Positions 11,245 to 23,509 of a stretch of 34,303 bases of DNA are shown here, one piece after another. The number at the start of each line of letters is the position of its first letter. The stretch's first letter is position 1. The notes below the pieces were generated by a model. It was given only the letters and a program-made list of their open reading frames with translations, was not told the DNA's origin and ran no database searches. The DNA is from Octopus bimaculoides (taxonomy: Eukaryota), in the NCBI RefSeq assembly GCF_001194135.2, contig NC_068992.1, positions 32,676,912 to 32,711,214 of the forward strand. The letters are read 5' to 3'. The position numbers were made by a program, and so were the translations under genes.

Positions 11245-12849
11245 AAGGACAAATATCCGTCAAATGTAAATAATGTAATGTATTATATTCGGTATCTACA
11301 TCTATATTCTATATCTTCCATTTATAAATCACTAAACACTGTAAATGCCCCTAGTCATATCTAATTATTATTTTCCTATGAGTTTTAATCCACGATTTCG
11401 CGTGTGCAATATAAGTAATATTTACTGCATTTTTGACTGAGAAAAAATATCTTTGATAAATTTTTACTCCCTTACAAAAACTATATGAACTAAGCAAATG
11501 ACCTCCTCGAAATACATTAAAAACATTTTTCTTTCATTCTTTTATTTGTTTTAGTCTGTAATGATGTAATTGTATAGCTTTCAAGAAGTGAACTTCAAAA
11601 TCTTCTGCTATTTATAGATGATGATAAGGACTCAACTAATAATTTGTATGATATTAAAGTTCAACAAACCAGTGCAACAACACTTCGTCGACTGAATCCA
11701 TTTGTGACTCATTATATCTTCATCTAATGTAATGGTATTGAAAATATTTTCTATGACTTTCGAAAACTGGTAAATTATCAATTATCCAAAAAGTGATAAT
11801 ACAATATTTAATTTAATACGAATTCTTTAAATTTACAATGATAAGACATACAAATTAATTAATGTAGTTAATTCGCAAACAAATCGAAACAAAGTATATT
11901 TCTAATAGATTTCATTAGATTAATGTTTATCCTGAAATATTTAATTACTCAAACTAAACACCATTGGAATATTTGTGTGTGTTCTATCAATAACTCTTGA
12001 TAATTACCTAGTTATTGATTTGATACAGACATACTACTGTTTGCTAAATTACAGCAGACTAATGCTAGACCACACAAACAAAACTAGTTCCATTACCAAA
12101 ATAATAATACTACAACCATCACTACCATTAACAATGTTATTAACAAGACTATGAAGAAGCCACTGACGTGATTGTTCACTCTGCAGTAAATATCAAACAT
12201 AACACTCTCAATCACCGCAGAAACTTCGTAAATAAAGTATAATTATTATACGAGAGAATGCAGACCGATGCCTTCCTTTTCAATGCAATAGGTGATGTCC
12301 ATCCCAGTAAGAACTTTGTTCAGAAATTCCCTTGATCAGAGTTGACTCAGAGCAAAGCATCAACTACATTTACCTCGATAGTTACACCAATATACATTGT
12401 TACAACATAAACATCTCCCAGAAAGTTAAAGCAATTGCAGATCCAGTAATAAAAAAGCTACAACTTCAAACGTTGCACTAAGAGTAAATTTGCAATATTT
12501 CGTCTTTTACACAATGACATTTGGATGTTTCTATAATACTATAATCCAAAATAGAAGAGTAACGGCATTCGCATCTAACCTAACAGAAATAACAGTCAAG
12601 ATATCTGACATCCCACTCTTTTATGAAATGGTAAAACTCATTAGATAGCGTAGACAACGATAGAATACATCGGACGATATGGACACACACATAGTTAGAT
12701 AGAGAGGTAGGTAGATAGATAGGTAGATATATATATATATGAATGTATACAAATATATTTGAATATATGTGTATATTATGCGTACATATACAAAACGAGT
12801 ATATACGTGCGTGTGTGTGTGTGTGCGCGCGCGCGCATGTGTATTTCAT

Positions 12850-12974
12850 TCGGTTTCAACCCCATTTCGTGGTACCTTAGACAGCTGTCTCCTAGTATAA
12901 ACCTGGCCAGCGAATCCCATGTCAGAAAATCTGGTTAGGAGAACTAATACAAGCTTCCATCAGATTTAATGATA
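12850..12974 (+). mobile_element. Degenerate internal fragment of SINE family B
   Basis: GGTTTCAACCCCATTTCGTGGTACCTTAGACAGCTGTCTCCTAGTATA aligns loosely with GGTTCAGTCCCACATCGTGGCAACTTGGGCAAGTGTCTTCTAATATA of the 25990 copy. Confidence 0.45.
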
Positions 12975-12989
12975 CATACATACATATAC

Positions 12990-13042
<53 letters not shown>

Positions 13043-13260
13043 NNNNNNNNNNNNNNNNNNNNNNNNNNNNNNNNNNNNNNNNNNNNNNNNNNNNNNNNNN
13101 NNNNNNNNNNNNNNNNNNNNNNNNNNNNNNNNNNNNNNNNNNNNNNNNNNNNNNNNNNNNNNNNNNNNNNNNNNNNNNNNNNATATATATACATACATAC
13201 ATACATACATACATACATACATACCTACATACATACAGACACGTATATACATATGTATAA
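12971..13260. repeat. (TACA)n/(TA)n microsatellite spanning N-gap 13043-13182
   Basis: Direct inspection. Confidence 0.9.
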
Positions 13261-13324
13261 ACCATGTAAGAAAAACTGGTTAGGAGAACTAGTACAAACT
13301 TCTATCGGATTTACTGATAGGTAC

Positions 13325-13356
<32 letters not shown>

Positions 13357-13365
13357 GTAGTATGT

Positions 13366-14776
13366 ATTTTATTTATTTATTCATCGGTTTCAGCCAAGTG
13401 GCTGCGATCATGCTGGTGCACCACCGTGATTTTCCGTCTCTATGCTGTGCTCTCTTCACGTTCCTTGCATGGCTCTTCTCCCCCACCTGATATGGTGCAA
13501 TCAAGAGATGTGATGGCACATCTGGTGTATAAGAGAATTTGACATCGCTGCCCTAAATTGCATCTCATTGGGAGCCATTGGTTCGTCTGGTATCGTGGAG
13601 AGGAAAGCGTCAATTTTTTGTCTTGAAGACCTCCGCATCCATGTCTTGCATGTCTCGCAAATGCTTTGGCAGGGCATTGAAGAGCTGAGGTCCTCTGAAA
13701 CCGAGGCTGCTGCAGTATCTCGTTCTTATGTGAGATGCAGTGGAAGGCACCTTTGGCACCATGCAGTGGTGACCCGTGCGGGCATTCCTGTAGTACTTAA
13801 TGCCAAAGTTTGGCACCAGTCCTTCCAGTATTTTCCATATATATATTATTACATATCTCTCCCGCCTGCGCTCCAGGGAGTAGAGACCTAGTGCCTTCAG
13901 TCGCTCCCTGTAGTTCATCTGTTGGACTGTGGCGATCTTTTTTGTATAGTGCCGCTGAATTGCCTCGAGTTCTGCTGTCCGCTTAACACTGTNNNNNNNN
14001 NNNNNNNNNNNNNNNNNNNNNNNNNNNNNNNNNNNNNNNNNNNNNNNNNNNNNNNNNNNNNNNNNNNNNNNNNNNNNNNNNNNNNNNNNNNNNNNNNNNN
14101 NNNNNNNNNNNNNNNNNNNNNNNNNNNNNNNNNNNNNNNNNNNNNNNNNNNNNNNNNNNNNNNNNNNNNNNNNNNNNNNNNNNNNNNNNNNNNNNNNNNN
14201 NNNNNNNNNNNNNNNNNNNNNNNNNNNNNNNNNNNNNNNNNNNNNNNNNNNNNNNNNNNNNNNNNNNNNNNNNNNNNNNNNNNNNNNNNNNNNNNNNNNN
14301 NNNNNNNNNNNNNNNNNNNNNNNNNNNNNNNNNNNNNNNNNNNNNNNNNNNNNNNNNNNNNNNNNNNNNNNNNNNNNNNNNNNNNNNNNNNNNNNNNNNN
14401 NNNNNNNNNNNNNNNNNNNNNNNNNNNNNNNNNNNNNNNNNNNNNNNNNNNNNNNNNNNNNNNNNNNNNNNNNNNNNNNNNNNNNNNNNNNNNNNNNNNN
14501 NNNNNNNNNNNNNNNNNNNNNNNNNNNNNNNNNNNNNNNNNNNNNNNNNNNNNNNNNNNNNNNNNNNNNNNNNNNNNNNNNNNNNNNNNNNNNNNNNNNN
14601 NNNNNNNNNNNNNNNNNNNNNNNNNNNNNNNNNNNNNNNNNNNNNNNNNNNNNNNNNNNNTTTGCAAAGTCGAGATATATCACATCAACATTTGAATGAT
14701 CAAGTAGCTGCTTCAGGACCCAGTCATAATGTTGCAAGAGCTGCGTGAGGCAGCTTCTACCTGGACGGAAACCATG
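13366..14776 (-). mobile_element. 5'-truncated CR1-type LINE (RT to 3' tail), interrupted by N-gap 13993-14660
   Basis: HGFRPGRSCLTQLLQHYDWVLKQLLDHSNVDVIYLDFAK (RT motif) before the gap. After it, LEAIQRHYTKKI...NYRERLKALGLYSLERRRERY...GPQLFNALPKHLR, then (frameshifted) LDAFLSTIPDEP...SNSL. Ends in a 3' UTR and a (TAAA)n tail. Confidence 0.9.
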
Positions 14777-14944
14777 TATGTATGTATTACACGTGTATAA
14801 GAAGGGATGATCACTAAGTGGACATCCAATATGCTAGAAAGAAGTCATCAACTACTCAACCACAAAGAAAAATAATGTTCTCCAGAAAAAAAATTTCGCA
14901 AAATACCAGAAGACAAAATGAGAAATATACAGAATAAAGAATTA

Positions 14945-15012
14945 ATTGTGTATCGGTTTCGAACATTAACATTTTACTTACGTAACAACATCTGTGTTCT
15001 CATCAGCACAAT
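14945..15012 (-). ncRNA. Near-intact minimal type I hammerhead ribozyme
   Basis: AUUGUG-CUGAUGA-GAACA(29-nt loop)UGUUC-GAAA-CCGA-U-A-CACAAU. Stem I is a perfect 6 bp, stem II a perfect 5 bp with G10.1-C11.1, both core boxes are intact, and stem III is one substitution from the palindrome ACCGGU. Confidence 0.75.
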
Positions 15013-15174
15013 CGTTCTAGGCCACTTGGTTTAAATTGATCTAATATTCAATTTATCACCCTAAATATAAAAATAATATATATATATATATATATGTACA
15101 AATAAATGTATATATATTTTTGTATGTATCCATGCATGTATATGTGTTTGTTTGTTTTTTTTGGTTTTTTTTTT

Positions 15175-15360
15175 GTCACTGTGAAATTAGAAACTGCTTG
15201 GTTTGTTTATGCTCGTGCATCCTAACGCTTCGGCTATCAGATGCTGACTAGATATGGCTCATACTTAAAACACATACTGTGACCGGCTTAAGTGGCCAAA
15301 TATTTCCTGCCAATGCCCTAGCTTGGCTGTATTCCAGTGGCCGAATCAGGTAAAGGAATA
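15175..15360 (+). mobile_element. Degenerate 3' half of SINE family B
   Basis: Follows a microsatellite. Ends CAATGCCCTAGCTTGGCTGTATTCCAGTGGCCGAATCAGGTAAAGGAATA, similar to the tail of the 28647-29040 copy. Confidence 0.4.
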
Positions 15361-15510
15361 CTGAAATGTTTATGTATGTCTTTATGAATCGTCTTTATTT
15401 ATAGTCGAAGGATATAATTATCAGAATGAAAATGGAATAAATTTAGCTGCAACATGAGAAGTCACGATATTTCTCTAAATCAAACTACAGAGAATTCTGT
15501 TATATTATCA

Positions 15511-15724
15511 GTTTCCAAATTTTGGCACAAGGTCAGCAATTTTGGCGGAGGAAGTAACTCAATTATATTGAGCGCAATGATCAACTGGTAATTTTTTTAT
15601 CGACTCCGAAAGGATAAAAGGCAGAGTCGATCTCGGCAGAATTTGAATTCAAAACGTAAGAACGGACAAAATGACGCCGAGCATTTTGCTCGACGCGGTA
15701 ACCATTCTGCCAATTCGTCAGCCT
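15511..15724 (-). mobile_element. tRNA-derived SINE, family A
   Basis: Collinear with 4765-4949 (GGCACAAGG...CGAAAGGAT...GAATTTGAATTC...AGCATTT...ATTCTG). Confidence 0.85.
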
Positions 15725-17399
15725 CTTTTGTAAAATTAATGCCATCAACAATGTCATGAATCAATTTCTGATTCATTTAAAACTTGCAAATAACGACATT
15801 GTAGTTTACTAATTACGACATGATTGAAAATCTTTGTAACATTCTAGAATACGCACCTTCGCAATTCTAGACTGTTGTTGTTGTTGCAGGGTAATAGATT
15901 TTCAATTTTTATTTCGTCTACGTCTATATAATCAGTCAGGATAGCATTCGATACTTATGGCATTCCTATTTCGAAAACAGATACAACATTTGAAAGAATG
16001 CAAGAGTCAATAAACTGCATCATGTAACTTCCACCATTGCAAGAACAAAAATACAATACAATAATTATTTAATAAATCCAAATAAGCTCACCTTTCCCCA
16101 AATAAAAGGAAAAAAAACTTTTGTAAACTAATCTATTACTACTATTTTCAATATAAAATGCTTCTAGATAATGTTATTGAGAATTCAAGAACGTTTTATT
16201 CACTAGGTCCATCAAGTAGAGGCGGAAGATTTTCCTCCTGTGTGAAATTGGTATATATAATAATATTTACATATGAAGTTTAAATGTATCCTGCACCTCT
16301 ATGTAGCAATCTAACTAGATGAAAATAGGGAAGTTAAAATACTATTAAAATGACTTAATTTTTAGAAAATAGAACTAACAGTTATCGTCTCTTAAATATT
16401 AATGCGTTCATTAGGGTAGCAATAGATAGACGGTTTGCTTCCGTCCACTAGACTTCTTTGTTTCTTCACTTTCAGATTAGTGCTCATATAAAATCAAAGT
16501 TTGTCTCTGGTGTAGACGTCTTCTATGTAATTCTTTTGACCCTTATGTTATGCAAGTAATTGAATTCCGAAGTGTATTTTGTTAGTATTGACGGGGATCA
16601 GTGACTAAATCATTATTACGTAAGGTTATTTCATGAAGATTCAATTGTTCTGACCACATCAAAGGCAAAGCATATTTCGTGACATTAAAAACTTACAAAT
16701 GTTAATTGTCAATGTTCCACGTTTACTAGATTAAAATAGTTTACTAAAAAATCCAATTTCTCCCATCTTGCAACTATTGTTGTTCTACGTTTATTATTGC
16801 AATTTTTCTGGCCGATTATATTGCCTTGTGTATGTTACATAGTTCACACAGTGCATGTCGTGCAAAATTCTTTAATTATGCAATGATACAAATGATTTCA
16901 ACCAACGAATTATATTTCATTCAATCATAGATATTTCAGACATTATGAAGAATTGATTTTACATTTTGAACTCTTTCTACCATTCCCCGATTTTTCTTGC
17001 TATGAAATACTATTACCAATTAGCCAAGTTTGAAAGGGAAGGTGTCTAATTGAGTTGTTTTTAAGCTGGCAATGCAGACTAAAAATCATTCCATAGTTAA
17101 AGGAAAATACATTTTTATTGTCATGTATACACGAAACCAATTGATCCATTGTATTTTTACAATAATAGCCTCCACTTAGTTGATACACTTCCTTGATACA
17201 ACTAACAAATAAACCCTAAATCCTGCTCACACCACAAAACAGGAATGTCACCTTAAAACGTGTAGTTCTAATTATTTCAAATCCCGGATATTAACGGCTA
17301 TGACGAAACAATAAGAGGGAGAACACTCAGTGCGTTTTATATCCTGCCACAGAAGTTAGTAAAGATAAATTATGCAGCGTAGATTTAATCAATGTGTTC

Positions 17400-19705
17400 A
17401 CACGACGTACTTTGCGAGACTACCAAAACGCTCTGACCACTACTCTTATAAGAGTTCGGCTAGTCCATTCTTCCAATCATTCTGGTGTGTCAATGACTCT
17501 CCACAACCTCTTCCCTTTTGAGATTGTCTTCCGTTCGAATATTTTTATTTATTTTTACGTCATCACTTTTATATCCTAACGACTGGTTGCTAGATGTAAT
17601 GTAACTGTTACCCAACCCTTAGGTAGTTTTTTGGCACTCAGCTATCTTCTTTTTTGTTGCACTATGCATTCTTTTAAGCACTATAGTTTTTCGCTCGATC
17701 GGACTTCAGTGCGATTTTTTAACCCCAAGAAGACCTCTCGTGCTGGTTAACTGCTGCATCCGATATATTGTGAGCAGGGGAATTGAACTCTTAACCACAT
17801 TCTAACGACGGGATCTACTCACAGTAATTCAAACAAATACCATTACGGCAACTTACGCGTTCAATACGAGTTCAACGCGGAACTAACACACGACTCTTAC
17901 CAGCCTCTAGCAAAATTCTTCAACGACTTCTGCCGACTTGCCACCTTTTCACCGGGCATGATAGCTATTTTACTGGTGCCACTTTAGCTGCTGAGCGCGA
18001 TTCTCTTCCAGATTTCCCCAATTTCTTGATGTCCCCGTGCATGCAACAGTGTACCTAGTGCGACAGGTTATACTACGTGCGACTGGTTTATTGGGTTACA
18101 CCTTACCAATAGCACCCAAGAGCAACCTGACCTTGTAGTAAGGTAGGCATGACGACCCTCTGTGAATATATAAGCACATTATCACATATCGAAAAGAAAT
18201 TCGAAACTGTTGCTTTCAGCCACACATTTTTCTTATTTGTTCCTTCTGATCTCACAATTTCTTTCTCCTTTTTATGATAAACTCTTCCGTCTCTGCCTTA
18301 ATTTCTATTTCCTTCAATGTCACAGGTAATTCACGCACAGAATTGTACAATGGTTTTTATTTTAATCTCGGCTTTTAACGTTGTTATCACTGTCTTCTAG
18401 TGGTTCACAAATTTGGTATTAATCTTGACAAATCATCTGCATGTCTCAATTTTTCGATGGCAAATACTTCATCTTGAAGTCGTTCTTCGATAGGATCCTT
18501 CCCCAGCACTGCAATCTGTTGACTGTATGAATGGGAATATCCGATTTTGATCCATAGATACATAATAGTCGGTGGCGGTCTGTCTACAAACGGAATCTTC
18601 TCCCGTCTATAAATTTATGGAATTTTTTACTGAAAATATGATGGCTTATGCCTTTTTTCTATTTGATTATAGTTTTTCTCAGCCGGCTATAATGAACGCA
18701 AGGCATGAGCTACTGTCATCCACATACTTGTATAAAATCAAAGCTCCAGTAGCAGTTTCACTAACATCCGCTTCCACTACTATTTCTAAAGCTGGGTCAA
18801 AATGTGATAATGACCTTTCCGACATTAAGACGTTTCTAATTTCTTCAAAGGCTTTTTGGCATTTGTCCGACCAGTTCCACTTAACGTAATTTTTTAAATA
18901 GGCTTTTCAGAGTGCTCTTAAGTCGTGCATATTCGGTGTGTATACCTGGTACTAATTTTCAAGCCCCAAAAATGCTTGTAACATTATAATGTTCGGCGGG
19001 GGAGGCATATTTTGTATTGCACTCGACCTAAGCGGGTCTAGTCTGCGTCCATTTTCATTTATAAACTGCCCTAGATGTTTGATTGTTGGCATAAAACAAT
19101 TCACACTTTTCCTCACTGAACTTAAAGCGATACTCTTTTATTCTTTCCAAAACCTTTTTGACATGCTCAACATACTGAGAGTCGATTGAATTTATACAAA
19201 CATTTATGTGTATTTATTATCAATAATTTTGAACATTCCTCATCGACTTTTACCTACAAATATGCTTCAGATAGGTCCAACTTTGAAAACAATTTTCTTC
19301 CATTCAACTGTGTAAAAACATCTTCCGGACTTGGTAACGGGGAATTATATGACATCAAACATCCGTTTAATCTCGTTGAGAAATCAGTGCGTATTCGGAT
19401 TCTACTATTTTTTCTTGATATAAACTGCTGAGGACGCCTATTTTGAGTAATCAATTTTTTTAATAATTGCAAGTTTTTCAATTCTACCCAATTCTTCGTT
19501 GACTTGTTTCAACGCTGCGAAAGTTACCATTCTGTTTGGTTTAAATACCGGTATAGCGTTTTCTTTCACTTGAAACTTCGCCTCTGTTTTGGTACAAAAA
19601 TTCAATTCCTCACAAAAAACAAAAAAAACGTCAAGAAAAATTTGTTTTAATTCTGTTTTTAAATTTTCCGACGCCTTATTTTTACTGGCGGAAGCACCAT
19701 TTACA
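17400..19705 (-). mobile_element. Decayed Ty3/Gypsy LTR retrotransposon pol (RT, RNase H, integrase remnants)
   Basis: PLPSPEDVFTQLNGRKLFSKLDLSEAYL (RT); WNWSDKCQKAFEEIRNVL...LSHFDPALEIVVEADVS (RNase H); LPVTLKEI...FSICDNVL and DIKKLGK...AAKVAPVK (integrase N-terminal region, about 17960-18300). Many stops and frameshifts. The low-coordinate boundary is approximate and no LTR was recognised. Confidence 0.85.
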
Positions 19706-20577
19706 NNNNNNNNNNNNNNNNNNNNNNNNNNNNNNNNNNNNNNNNNNNNNNNNNNNNNNNNNNNNNNNNNNNNNNNNNNNNNNNNNNNNNNNNNNNNNNN
19801 NNNNNNNNNNNNNNNNNNNNNNNNNNNNNNNNNNNNNNNNNNNNNNNNNNNNNNNNNNNNNNNNNNNNNNNNNNNNNNNNNNNNNNNNNNNNNNNNNNNN
19901 NNNNNNNNNNNNNNNNNNNNNNNNNNNNNNNNNNNNNNNNNNNNNNNNNNNNNNNNNNNNNNNNNNNNNNNNNNNNNNNNNNNNNNNNNNNNNNNNNNNN
20001 NNNNNNNNNNNNNNNNNNNNNNNNNNNNNNNNNNNNNNNNNNNNNNNNNNNNNNNNNNNNNNNNNNNNNNNNNNNNNNNNNNNNNNNNNNNNNNNNNNNN
20101 NNNNNNNNNNNNNNNNNNNNNNNNNNNNNNNNNNNNNNNNNNNNNNNNNNNNNNNNNNNNNNNNNNNNNNNNNNNNNNNNNNNNNNNNNNNNNNNNNNNN
20201 NNNNNNNNNNNNNNNNNNNNNNNNNNNNNNNNNNNNNNNNNNNNNNNNNNNNNNNNNNNNNNNNNNNNNNNNNNNNNNNNNNNNNNNNNNNNNNNNNNNN
20301 NNNNNNNNNNNNNNNNNNNNNNNNNNNNNNNNNNNNNNNNNNNNNNNNNNNNNNNNNNNNNNNNNNNNNNNNNNNNNNNNNNNNNNNNNNNNNNNNNNNN
20401 NNNNNNNNNNNNNNNNNNNNNNNNNNNNNNNNNNNNNNNNNNNNNNNNNNNNNNNNNNNNNNNNNNNNNNNNNNNNNNNNNNNNNNNNNNNNNNNNNNNN
20501 NNNNNNNNNNNNNNNNNNNNNNNNNNNNNNNNNNNNNNNNNNNNNNNNNNNNNNNNNNNNNNNNNNNNNNNNNNNNN

Positions 20578-22800
20578 ATGTCCACAACCTGAGCAAGTTA
20601 TGGCATAAATTAGATTCTCGGACGCACAAGTGAGATTAGTTTTAATTGTGAACTTTTCTCCTTGTTTGAATAGGAATTCCGGGCTTCCCAGTAGGTTTGG
20701 GCATGTTTCACAGATTGAGTGTTCACATTTTTAACCGTAGGTTTCGTGGTTGTTGTGTTAAGCTTTGCATTTGTTAGAAGTCTTTTAAACGATTTGTGTT
20801 GCTTTTTGCATTTGATGAATTTATGTGTTTTCAGAATGTTGTTCATTTTTCGGTCTCTATAGAGCATGGGTAGATTTTGAACAACAGTTCTGCATGCCTC
20901 ATTTTTTCTAGAGTTGTGAGTTGATAATACAATAGTGGTTTGAGTTGAGGTGTGGTGTTATTGCTTTGTTGCCCTTATTATTTCAATGTCTAATTTCTTA
21001 GCACGCTTTATTCCATCGTTTATAAGTGAGGGTGGATATTGTCTTTTATTTAATGTTGTTCTGAGGTTTTGTAGACGAAGTTTCCTAGTATTTCTATCAG
21101 ACACTATTGTGCAAATCCTAATTTGGTTGTTGAAATTTAAAAGAAAGGGAGCTGTTCTTTGCTATATTTATTGTGAATTGAATGCTAGGGTTTGTATTAT
21201 TTAGGATTCATTTCAATTCCAAAAGTTTATCAATGGTTTCTTTCCAAATGATAAAGCAGTCATCCAGGTATCTTTTCCAGTTCTCATATAATGATAAAAT
21301 CGATATACATATTTTGGAGTAACATTTCATATATGGCAATCTCAAAATAACCCATTAGTAGGTTCGCAAGAACAGGGGCTGCTTTTGTTCCCATAGTAAA
21401 AAGGATTGTTGGACCATAGTAGGTGTCATCAAAAAGGAAATAATTGTTCTGAAGTATAAATTTTATAGATTCTATAAAGACCTGGTTTATGCGTTCCGGA
21501 AGTCCTTTGGGGTACTTTTACAACCAGAATTTTATTTCTTTTATTCCACAGTCGTCTGGATGTTCGTATAAAGATTAATATCATCGAAGGAAATCAATAA
21601 TATCTCTTCATTAGTTGTTTTTAGTAGGTGCTCTAACATGTCTAGATCGACTCTAATGAAACTTTTGATATATTTCAGCAGGGGTTTCAGTAGAATGTTT
21701 AGAAAATTGCTTAGGCGGTGGAGTTCAGAGGCTGGGCCAGCTATACTGGGGCTTAACTTTAAGTCTTCTGGCGCTTGGGTCTTTATGCATTTGGCTCGTG
21801 ATTGTATGCAGGCTTCATTAACTATTTGCTCTTCTGTATTTTAGTTAGACCGTAAAAAAGACTAGGTTTACATTTAAAGTTCGTGATATAATGTATTTCT
21901 TTTTTCTGTCAGGCCTTTTCCATGTAGTATTAAAGATGCTAGATATTTCATTGGTTTTTTTTTGTTTATAGTTTACAACGTTTTCCTAGGAGCTATAGTT
22001 TTCTAACATAGATAATACTACGTTTTTGTAGTATTCTGTGTCCATCAGGACTGCAGCACTTTCTTTGTCTGCTTCTTTAATTGTCAGTTCCTTGCCGGTT
22101 TGCAGTTCAATTAGATTTTTCCATTCTAGATTGTTGAGGTCTGAAGTAATTTTCTGGTTAAGGAAAATATTTGGGGAATTATGGATATGGTCGTCATCTT
22201 GTGATTTATTCTTACCTTTAGGTGGAAGATAATTACTTCTGATTTTAACTAGTGATTCATCTTCGTTGTTGCAGTCAATTAGTGCTTTTGTGAGTCGTAG
22301 TTTCCTGCAGAATTCCGAAATATTATCGGGTAAATTCTAACCCTGTATATTGTATACTGATTTTTGTTGCAGAGGGAGTTTTCTTTGTTAAATTTATTTT
22401 GGGGTTTCTCCTGTAGATTTTGTTCCAAAGTATGTCCCTGTTCCTCTCTACTCAGTCTAAAAAAAATATTTACTGAAATTTGGCTGGTAGAAGTTGTCAG
22501 TGTTATTATTGTTATTAATTGTATTAGGATTGCTGGGAGGCTGGTGTTGCTGTCTGGGTAAATTAGTTGGAAGAACGTGGTTCGGGTTTCATGGTTGGAA
22601 TAAATTATTGGGGTACTTAATTATATTTGAGATACTGACGCATTAGTTTTACTGTCTGGGTAAATAGGTTGAACTTCCTTCTGTCTGGGTAAATAGGTTG
22701 AAATTCCTTCGTTGGACGTCTCTAGTTGCTGTGGAAAATAATTACTCCTAAACCTAGGTTTGTTTCTTCTAGCTTTTCTTATTAGTGAGTTCTCCCTATT
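20578..22800 (-). mobile_element. Decayed Penelope-like element (RT plus start of GIY-YIG endonuclease)
   Basis: ISEFCRKLRL, IKEADKESAAVLMDTEYY (22081-22028), FYGLTKIQK, IAGPASELHRLSNFLNILLKP, MGTKAAPVLANLLMGY, WKRYLDDCFIIWK (21280-21241) and TCPNLLGS...TNLTCASENLIYAITCSGCG running into the gap. Multiple stops and frameshifts; 5' boundary approximate. Confidence 0.9.
22652..22709. repeat. 29-bp tandem duplication with a third partial copy at 22550-22572
   Basis: CTGTCTGGGTAAATAGGTTGAA(C/A)TTCCTT x2, and CTGTCTGGGTAAATTAGTTGGAA upstream. Confidence 0.85.
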
Positions 22801-23509
22801 ACTAGACTACGTCCTTGTTGTTGAAATAACTATATAGGACAGACAAGTATAACATTGAGACGGAGAAACATACAACATAAGTAAAGATCCGGTTCCGGCA
22901 ACAGATCCGATTCCTTTGAGTGAACACATACAGAGATGTGATGGTTATATCCAACCGAACGCCAGTTGTCACAATCCACCACAGTAAAAAACAATTTCTA
23001 TACAAGAACGTTTATATAGAAGAAATTGATTCATCGAAAAATGTAGAACACGTCTAAATGTGAAAGCATAACCAACTTTAATTTCAGTATATATTTTAAT
23101 TCATGATCACATACTCATCACTGTACAAATTTCTTCTCACTACTTCAGCATTTGGATTTTTTTGTATATCTGTCTCCTCTATCCTCATTAATAACGATCA
23201 CTAATTACCTCCCTTTAAAGTTTTCTATTTGAATCATTCATTCATAAAATTCTCCTCGCTCAAATTGGACTAAAATCTTCTTAAGAAAATACGAAATTAC
23301 AATATGTTCAATGTCATGATTAGCGAAAGCGAAACCGGTCGACAAACACAATATAACATTTTCCTTTTTTATTTTCCATATATGTGTGTGTGTGTCTGTG
23401 GGTGAGTGTGTGTATGTGTGGGTGGATGTGGGTGACTGTGTGTGTGTAAATTAATATAAAATGGTAGGCACAATATAATACCACAAAATTTCATCTCTAT
23501 TTCTTGCAA

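Noticed and set aside
13610-14737. Long ORFs spanning N-gaps (also 19589-20629, 26082-27002, 31282-32145)
   Set aside because: Their length is an artefact of translating Ns; only the flanking TE-derived parts are real.
22995-23050. Possible terminal hammerhead of the Penelope element (TCGATGA...TAAACGTTC, minus)
   Set aside because: Both core boxes are altered and neither stem pairs.
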